Translations under genes and position numbers: made by a program
Notes under the pieces: generated by a model
Database searches by the model: none
What the model saw: only the letters and a program-made list of their open reading frames with translations
What the model was told of the DNA's origin: nothing
NCBI GenBank assembly: GCA_016840425.1
Contig: JAEOSI010000136.1
Location: forward strand, 1 to 6,214
Reading direction: 5' to 3'
DNA: 6,214 nucleotides
Origin: Candidatus Wukongarchaeum yapensis
GTDB taxonomy: Archaea > Asgardarchaeota > Wukongarchaeia > Wukongarchaeales > Wukongarchaeaceae
In this document: positions 1 through 5,458 of the stretch, one piece after another
How positions within the stretch are numbered: the first letter of the stretch is position 1
How the letters are laid out: each line of letters begins with the position of its first letter

Positions 1-218
1 CCCCACTTCTTGATTTTAGGAGCAATAGTAATGTTTTAATATATCTAATCTATAGATGGCGTGACAAAAAAATATAACCACGCGAGCCAATTTAACAATA
101 GGTGTTATCCAAGTAAGATTTTTAAAAAAGAGATTATTGAAAGTAAAATAAAAACTTCTATCGTATCACAATTTCTATTTTTACTTCCCATAGGCCTAAA
201 TTTTTTTAAAATCAACCC

Positions 219-226
219 TTAAATAT
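219..226 (+). promoter_or_regulatory. Candidate archaeal TATA box for the coiled-coil gene
   Basis: TTAAATAT in an AT-rich leader, about 25 nt before AGGAGA (250-255) and about 55 nt before the ORF. The region is AT-rich, so other boxes are possible. Confidence 0.35.
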
Positions 227-279
227 AAAATTCTTGAAAAAGAAAACAATAGGAGATAGATAATAAAACAAGGTAAAAG

Positions 280-1173
280 GTGAAATATTTGGAAAGTGAT
301 AATGCAGGAGCTGGTGTAAAAACAATCTACGAGGATGAGGAGAAACTAATTGAAAAAAAAGTTGAAGAGTTGGTAAAACTTCGGGATAATGCTTTAAAAG
401 AAGCAGAAGAATGGGCTAAAAAAAGAGATTTTTTAAATCAAAAATCTTCAAAACTAAGCACTACAATACGTGAAGAGAAAGAAAAAAAGGAAGAAGCCCT
501 TACAGAAGTCGCTTCTTTAAAAGAAATAAAGGCAAAAAAGAGGGAGGGAAAACAAAAAATAATCAATAAACTTCGGAAACTCAGGGAAAAAACCGCCAAA
601 GAAAAAGGACTAAAACCTGTACACCTCCACATTCTCAGGAAAAAATTAAGAGACATCGAATGGCGCATAGAAACCACCGCTAAACTCTCCCTCGAAGAAG
701 AAAAAGAACTAGTAAAACAAGCCAACAACATCCAGAAACAGATAGAAGAAGCAGAACTTGAATTTGGAAAAACAACCCAAGGAAAAGACATCGAAATGCA
801 AATAAAAGCAATAAATATGGGGTTAAAAGACCTAAACAACCAAATAAAAAAGCAATTCCAAGAAATCCAAAAATACCGCGAAAAAACAAAAGCTCTATTC
901 GACGAGTTGAAAAAAACAAGAGCCAAGGCAGACGAAGCCCATGAAACATTTATCGAGTTTAAGAAAATAACACGGGAAAAACAAAGAGAAATTAACGATC
1001 TCTTAATGAGAAGAAAAGTTGAGATGAGAAGATCACAAAAAGAAAAACTTGAAGCACTCCAAGCAAAAATGGATGAAAAAGTCAAAAAAGCTTTAGAAAA
1101 ACTAGAAAGCAATGGTAGAGCAAGATTAACCTTTGAAGAGTTTAACCTCCTCCTAGAAAGAGGCTTAATTTAG
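280..1173 (+). CDS. Archaeal coiled-coil protein, COG1340-like (often loosely annotated as phosphoserine phosphatase-like)
   Basis: 297 aa K/E-rich heptad protein with the family-typical central LEWRIETT..LSLEEEKELV-like segment (here IEWRIETTAKLSLEEEKELV) and C-terminal KALEKL..xxLTFEEFNLLLERGLI. The true start may be the in-frame TTG at 289, since GGTGA at 279-283 is SD-like and 5 nt upstream. Confidence 0.85.
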   Translation: MKYLESDNAGAGVKTIYEDEEKLIEKKVEELVKLRDNALKEAEEWAKKRDFLNQKSSKLSTTIREEKEKKEEALTEVASLKEIKAKKREGKQKIINKLRKLREKTAKEKGLKPVHLHILRKKLRDIEWRIETTAKLSLEEEKELVKQANNIQKQIEEAELEFGKTTQGKDIEMQIKAINMGLKDLNNQIKKQFQEIQKYREKTKALFDELKKTRAKADEAHETFIEFKKITREKQREINDLLMRRKVEMRRSQKEKLEALQAKMDEKVKKALEKLESNGRARLTFEEFNLLLERGLI

Positions 1174-1234
1174 GCTAAAAAATCCTCCCCTAAAACAATT
1201 AATATATTTTAAAATTCTATTTGATTTTTCCCTC

Positions 1235-1735
1235 TCATTCTTTCTTTTTACTCCCGATTACCTTTAAAAGATCATAATATACTAAAATGTCTGCAAAATT
1301 TTCTAAACTCGTATCTGTCGACTTGCTATCTGTAATAACTACGGTCTCTTTTCCCTCCTCCCGCGCAAAGTTCAGGACAGGAATATAGTTTGGATTATTA
1401 GCAACTATTGCAATCATATCCACCTTATCTTCAAGTATAAGTTCAAGCGCCTCTATTGCTATATGAACATCAATATCCCCCGAAAGCATTATAGGGGAAA
1501 ATCCCACATTAACAATCTCATCCATTACCCTCTCATCGATTGCATGATCAAAAAAGATCTTAGAAACCCGTATGGATCCTAATTCTTCTAAAGGCCCAGT
1601 TATCAATCTTAACTCCTCTAAGTTACGGTCTTTAAGCAAGAGTCTACCTTCTACAAAAAGCCCAATCTTCTTTTTTTTGCTGAGCTTTTTCTTTACCGCA
1701 CGTCCAAATTTCTTCAAATAATCGCCACACTTCAA
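1235..1735 (-). CDS. NYN-domain (PIN-like fold) protein, TIGR00288/LabA/DUF88 type, probably catalytically degenerate
   Basis: Segments IGLFVEG, VGFSPI..GDIDVHIAIEALELI, VDMIAIV, YIPVLNFAREEGKETVVI and SLENFADI follow the TIGR00288 pattern (IGLFVDGPN..GDVDV.MAVEAME..DADF.P...AKE.GKETIVI..ALQNSAD). TTG start. Confidence 0.85.
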   Translation of the reverse strand: MKCGDYLKKFGRAVKKKLSKKKKIGLFVEGRLLLKDRNLEELRLITGPLEELGSIRVSKIFFDHAIDERVMDEIVNVGFSPIMLSGDIDVHIAIEALELILEDKVDMIAIVANNPNYIPVLNFAREEGKETVVITDSKSTDTSLENFADILVYYDLLKVIGSKKKE

Positions 1736-2084
1736 AACAAAACTTTACAAACACAGGCAAAACATTAACAAATTATTAAAGGTTTATCTAAAAAATGTTT
1801 TATGCTCCCCTACAAAAAACTTCCCCTCTCAATTCCTTAAATAATGTTAAACCTTCCCCGAGGATAATTATATGCCCTCAAATCCGCCAAAAGCAAACAT
1901 TATAAAAAAACATTAAACACTGAAAACAAAGAAATCTCCAAAAAAAGAGAAAGGAAACCGAGAAATCTAAACCAAAAAAGCAACAAAACCCCTAAAAATT
2001 CATAACATTTGTCATATTCAAAATGATAATATAGATGGTAACGGGAGTGGTGGTAAATAACCGTTTCAGCTATGATTACCCCCC

Positions 2085-2312
2085 TTATTCCTCCACTTTT
2101 TTTTCACTTTTTGTGGCAATGGTTTCTTTTTCTTTTTCTTCTTCTATTTTTTGCCTGAGCTCGATTATTTTCTCCGATATGGCGCGCTTACAGAACTCAG
2201 ACGGGTTTTTTACGCCATAGATAGCTCTTATATACCGTTCCTCTATGAGTTTTTTGACCTCCTCCCACATCTCCTTTGGTATCCCTATCGATGTGAATCC
2301 TTTTGCTGGCAC
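2085..2312 (-). CDS. Ribbon-helix-helix (CopG/Arc/MetJ-like) DNA-binding protein (RHH1)
   Basis: N-terminal alternating beta-strand FTSIGIP, helix KEMWEEVKKLIEE, second helix NPSEFCKRAISEKI, charged tail. SD-like AAGGAG lies 6 nt before the ATG. Confidence 0.75.
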   Translation of the reverse strand: MPAKGFTSIGIPKEMWEEVKKLIEERYIRAIYGVKNPSEFCKRAISEKIIELRQKIEEEKEKETIATKSEKKVEE

Positions 2313-2326
2313 ATTTCGCTCTCCTT

Positions 2327-2403
2327 TTATCCTACTTTTCTACTCCTTTTTGCATACGGTTATCCTACTATTATATTTATTTATTTCTTTTGCAGTAGTA
2401 TAA
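2327..2403. promoter_or_regulatory. Operator-like repeat array and TATA element upstream of RHH1
   Basis: TTATCCTACT occurs at 2327-2336 and 2360-2369 (direct repeat, 33 bp period). An inverted copy with 1 mismatch, AGTAGTATAA, lies at 2394-2403. The AT-rich TAAATAAATATAA (minus strand) sits between the inverted pair. Confidence 0.5.
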
Positions 2404-2557
2404 CGGTAGGGTTATCGACCTTCACAAGTTTTTGGACTGCATTAACTCCTTTTTTTTCAACTAGGAAAAGTCCCGCTTGTTTCTTGCCAGAACCAACTAT
2501 ATGTGCCGAAAAATCGGTAAACTATTGATCGACCGTGATGTACCCTTCCGCGGCCAT
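2381..2557 (-). pseudogene. Possible remnant of an unidentified gene (in-frame TAG)
   Basis: MAAEGYITVDQ*FTDFSAHIVGSGKKQAGLFLVEKKGVNAVQKLVKVDNPTVILLQKK*. Protein-like composition, one internal TAG at 2522-2524, no family recognised. Confidence 0.25.
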
Positions 2558-2566
2558 TTTGGGTGA

Positions 2567-3103
2567 ACTGAGAAACAGCTAAACCTTTGCAATGCCACCA
2601 CGAAACTGAGAAGGGAAAAAGAACAACTAATCGCCGAAGAAGCGGAAGAACTGTTAGACGCCTACCCCGAAAAATTTTCCCTCATCCAAAAAAAGAAGCT
2701 AAAGCAATGCATAACAAGCGACGAGCAAACCCTGCTATTCGGCCTAGGGAGAACTAGGCAAGAGTTCGCCTCTCTCACCCCAACTCTTAGACGCCATAAA
2801 TCTTAACCTTGTGAGAAAGATGCTCTCCTAGGATTTAACGATTTTAGGAAAGAAAAAGATCGGAAATGCCTTGAGGAGGTTTGGGAAGGTTGTCAAAGAC
2901 CTCAATCGTGTAAAATTGTTGACCGTTCACGGTGCAAAGGGGGCGGAAGCCGATAACGTGTTCTTTTTCGACAATATTTCGGGGAGGATTAGGGATTCAT
3001 GAAAAACGAAAAGGAGAGAATGGAGGAGAACAGGATTTTTTACGTCGGTGCAACGAGAGCTAAGAAGCAGTTGTTAATTATAAAAAATTATTTTCATACA
3101 TAG
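2567..3103 (+). pseudogene. C-terminal fragment of a superfamily-1 UvrD/Rep/PcrA-like helicase
   Basis: Motif V VKLLTVHGAKGAEADNVFFFD (2910-2972) and, after a -1 shift near 2999, motif VI EENRIFYVGATRAKKQLLII (3023-3082). There is an in-frame TAG at 2829-2831 and a probable further shift near 2770-2790 to an upstream open frame (2567-2806). No Walker A/B part is present. Confidence 0.85.
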
Positions 3104-3186
3104 CGGTATCTTATCGGGACGTAGTTGCATTTCCAACCTAAGTCGGCGAGCTTCGAGGGCATGTGAACGTGGAAGTATAGACGCTT
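3094..3186 (-). pseudogene. Second, short AbrB/MazE/SpoVT-like remnant
   Basis: KRLYFHVHMPSKLADLGWK resembles the upstream KYFYGHLPSKLAE, and LGWK fits the AbrB P..LA..LGW pattern. No start codon before the motif. Confidence 0.4.
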
Positions 3187-3208
3187 TTACGGGTCTAAAA
3201 AATGAAAG

Positions 3209-3374
3209 TCATTCCTCCACTTTTTTGATCATAAGCTTCCCTCCTTCAACGATCTCCACAACCACGTTTCCCCTCTTTAAAGGGGAACTGGCTGCCCTCT
3301 GCGAGTTTTGAGGGTAGATGGCCATAGAAGTATTTGTATTCCTTTCCCCTCTTACGCGGATTTTCGTCTTTGTG
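3209..3374 (-). pseudogene. Frameshifted AbrB/MazE/SpoVT-type (swapped-hairpin) DNA-binding protein
   Basis: Reconstructed TKTKIRVRG/GKEYKYFYGHLPSKLAEGSQFPFKEG/NVVVEIVEGGKLMIKKVEE*, with a -1 shift at the C4 run 3346-3349 and a +1 shift near 3267-3273. The P..LA...FPF..G..V.VEI..GKL.I.K pattern is typical of archaeal AbrB-like proteins. No good start codon. Confidence 0.65.
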
Positions 3375-3398
3375 GGATTACCGTTTGAATACAGTACA

Positions 3399-3422
3399 AA
3401 AGCTTTACTAAAGCTTTATATA
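3399..3422. promoter_or_regulatory. Tandem palindromic operator overlapping a bidirectional TATA box
   Basis: The palindrome AAAGCTTT occurs at 3399-3406 and 3410-3417 (11 bp period; TAAAGCTTTA at 3409-3418 is a 10-bp palindrome). TTTATATA at 3415-3422 lies about 33 nt before ATG 3455, in the gap between the divergent AbrB and RHH2 genes. Confidence 0.55.
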
Positions 3423-3454
3423 TACCGTTGACATTCTTGTTATTAGTGATAACT

Positions 3455-3622
3455 ATGAAAAGCCTGAAAGGGAGAGGCGTTACAATAACGCAGGAACAAG
3501 CCAAGTGGCTTGAAAAGCATCCTGAGATCAACTTGTCGGGATTGCTGAGGAGGACCCTCGATGAGCTGATGAAAAAGGAGACGGAGGAAAAAAATGCGAA
3601 AAAGGAGGAGGAAGAAAGATGA
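3455..3622 (+). CDS. Small RHH (antitoxin/CopG-like) regulator (RHH2), first gene of the C-K cassette
   Basis: MKSLKGRGVTITQEQAKWLEKHPEINLSGLLRRTLDELMKKE: strand (GRGVTIT), helix, then INLS..LR..LDEL, typical of archaeal RHH proteins. ATG 3455 follows AGTGAT and is preferred over TTG 3428. Its stop overlaps the next start (ATGA, 3619-3622). Confidence 0.75.
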   Translation: MKSLKGRGVTITQEQAKWLEKHPEINLSGLLRRTLDELMKKETEEKNAKKEEEER

Positions 3623-4713
3623 AAACAATTAGGGTACACTGGACATATCCCTACATATATTCACGGGCAAGAGGATTTCTAAGCAGGATGCTGTCACCAA
3701 GCCAAGTTGAAAACATCCTCCGAAGCGACATCACCACATTCCTACAAGTATTACTAAACACAAATTACAAAGATGTTGTAGCAAGTTCTTCCCAATCAGA
3801 ATTCTCAATAGTAGACTTTGAACACGCTGCCAGAGAAGAACTGTTAAATAGGCTAGAAACTCTTATCAGGTGTATTCCTAAAGACGCTATGCGCGTAGTA
3901 AACTTGGAGTTCAAAAAATTTGAAGCACGAAACATTAAACAAGCTTTAAGGATACTTCACCTCGTTGAAACTGAAGAAGAAGAAGTCCCAGAAGAGCTAA
4001 AGAAATTTTTCATACCCGTATTCTATCCTCCGGAATATTATGAACGCTTCTTAGATTTAGGGTCAATTGCCCGAGCCATCGAAGTAATAAGGGATACAAG
4101 GTTAAGAAACGCGCTTCTAGGAGTCTACGAAGATTACAAACGTAAGGGAGAATATTCAGTTATGGAAGCTGTAATTGATACGGTTATCTACCGCGACCTA
4201 AGAAATGTGGTAAAATACTGGGGCGTTTGTTCCAAAGCAGGCGATGCAGACAGGTTCCAAATATACCGTTTAGTAAGCGAAGAAATTGACCTAGTAAATA
4301 CGGCCATAGTAATGCGATGTTTCCTTGCTGGTGTGGATTTCACAGACTATTTAATTCCCGCAAACTTTGCCTTAGGCGATGAATTTTGTTCAATACTTGC
4401 CGCTGAAACAGTAACCGAAGTCCTAAACATATTGGCAAGAACCCCCTATAGACACATAGTGGAGCGAATTGGCTCGGTTGATGAGCGTGATGCCTTACAC
4501 GAGTTCGATCTCCTAAGTAAACGGTATATAGTAAAAAGGATCAAAAGCTCGTTATACACGTCTCCATTTTCAGTTATTTGCTTCTACTGTTTCCTAGAAC
4601 TAGCGCTTCAGGAGCTCGAAGACATCATAACAATATTCGTTGGCAAGCTTAGCGGCTTAGATCCTGAAGCCATCAAGTCCAACCTAATAATGCTTGGTTT
4701 AGATGGAAGATGA
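3619..4713 (+). CDS. atpC: A/V-type ATP synthase subunit C (AC39 / V0 subunit d family)
   Basis: 364 aa. N-terminal YPYIYSRARGFLSRML..LLNTNY, then KKFEARNIKQALR, EIDLVNTAIVMR, LARTPY and C-terminal ELALQELEDIITIFVGKLSGL..EAIKSNLI match the vATP-synt_AC39 pattern. It lies next to a proteolipid gene. Confidence 0.9.
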   Translation: MKTIRVHWTYPYIYSRARGFLSRMLSPSQVENILRSDITTFLQVLLNTNYKDVVASSSQSEFSIVDFEHAAREELLNRLETLIRCIPKDAMRVVNLEFKKFEARNIKQALRILHLVETEEEEVPEELKKFFIPVFYPPEYYERFLDLGSIARAIEVIRDTRLRNALLGVYEDYKRKGEYSVMEAVIDTVIYRDLRNVVKYWGVCSKAGDADRFQIYRLVSEEIDLVNTAIVMRCFLAGVDFTDYLIPANFALGDEFCSILAAETVTEVLNILARTPYRHIVERIGSVDERDALHEFDLLSKRYIVKRIKSSLYTSPFSVICFYCFLELALQELEDIITIFVGKLSGLDPEAIKSNLIMLGLDGR

Positions 4714-4768
4714 CCTCTCTCTAAGAAGTAACTAAAAATAAAGAATGAAAAATAAGAGGTTTAAAATT

Positions 4769-5095
4769 ATGAAAACCAAAAACTGGATGAAATTTTTGTT
4801 GTTCCTCTGGTGCGTAGCCCTTCTTTTTCTTATGATCGCATTAGCGGTACACGGCCAAGACGACACAACAGAATTAACAAACCAAGGTGACTTAGCTATT
4901 GGTGCAGCTATAGCTATAGGCCTTGCTGGTATCGGTGCTGGTCTCGGGATGGGTAATGCTTCCTCTTCAGCAATCGGCTCTCTAACAGAAAAACCAGAAG
5001 TTTTCGGTAAATCCATGATCTTCATCGTTATGATGGAAGCTATCGCTATTTACGGTCTAGTCATCGCTATCCTACTCTTCGGCCTCATAGGTTAA
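4769..5095 (+). CDS. atpK: A/V-type ATP synthase proteolipid subunit K (c), single hairpin with an N-terminal hydrophobic presequence
   Basis: AIGAAIAIGLAGIGAGLGMG glycine motif, EKPEVFGK loop and essential Glu in MMEAIAIYGLVIAILL. SD AGAGGT (4755-4760) favours ATG 4769 over 4745 or 4787. Confidence 0.95.
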   Translation: MKTKNWMKFLLFLWCVALLFLMIALAVHGQDDTTELTNQGDLAIGAAIAIGLAGIGAGLGMGNASSSAIGSLTEKPEVFGKSMIFIVMMEAIAIYGLVIAILLFGLIG

Positions 5096-5407
5096 GCAAC
5101 TAAAGATTGTGGGGCTATAACGAATGGAGAAGATACTGGGTTAGGTTTTTCGAACAATAGAGGGAGGAGAAAAGCGTTGATTAAGGAGGTTCCTAAAAGG
5201 ATGACCGTTGTTGAAATCCTCGCGTTCGGAGTGACTGAAGTCGCCAAGAGGCAGCAGAAGAGAAAGATGACATATCCGAAGATGGAAGCTTTCGAAACTT
5301 CCTCTTCAAAAACTTTTTCACCGTCCCCAAGGAATCTTGAACGGTTCAACACAACAACCCCAAATACGCAAAGCTAGGGATGCAACGCTAAGACAGCCGC
5401 CCACCAT
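5092..5407 (-). pseudogene. Small membrane protein, probably frameshifted
   Basis: MVGGCLSVASLALRI (ATG 5407) joins by a +1 shift near 5362 to GVVVLNRSRFLGDGEKVFEEEVSKASIFGYVIFLFCCLLATSVTPNARISTTVILLGTSLINAFLLPLLFEKPNP.... About three hydrophobic segments; no family recognised. It could instead be an intact 86-aa gene starting at GTG 5352. Confidence 0.4.
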
Positions 5408-5458
5408 ACTTAAATATGAAAAAAAGCCGATAGTTTACTCTATGTGTCGGCCTGGAGA

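Noticed and set aside
438-1112. Minus-strand ORFs 438-1112 and 680-949
   Set aside because: Antisense shadows of the K/E-rich coiled-coil gene; their F/S/L-rich composition is what reverse-complemented AAA/GAA codons give.
1736-2084. A-rich intergenic tract with an AGAAATCT repeat (1930-1937, 1961-1968) and a hydrophobic minus-strand frame
   Set aside because: The frame has no start codon, and an 8-mer repeat is expected by chance in low-complexity AT-rich sequence.
1235-2312. RHH1 plus NYN as a VapBC-like toxin-antitoxin pair
   Set aside because: The genes are 349 bp apart, NYN belongs to the housekeeping-like TIGR00288 family, and its active site is degenerate.
2035-2528. Plus-strand ORFs 2035-2220 and 2151-2528
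   Set aside because: Antisense to RHH1 and its promoter; low-complexity F/L/S content and no family features.
2522-2831. In-frame TAG codons as pyrrolysine or stop-codon reassignment
   Set aside because: The COG1340 gene ends at TAG at its canonical C-terminus, the same remnants also carry frameshifts, and another has a TAA nonsense codon. Decay is the simpler explanation.
3266-3349. Programmed frameshifting in the AbrB gene (GGGAAAC heptamer, hairpin TTCCCCT-ctttaa-AGGGGAA at 3268-3287)
   Set aside because: The -1 slippery heptamer points the wrong way (a +1 shift is needed there), two opposite shifts would be required, and no start codon exists.
3352-3639. Minus-strand ORFs 3352-3639 and 3443-3628
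   Set aside because: Shadows of RHH2, which has a recognisable fold and is coupled to atpC.
4732-5025. Minus-strand ORF opposite atpK
   Set aside because: Antisense of a clearly identified proteolipid gene.
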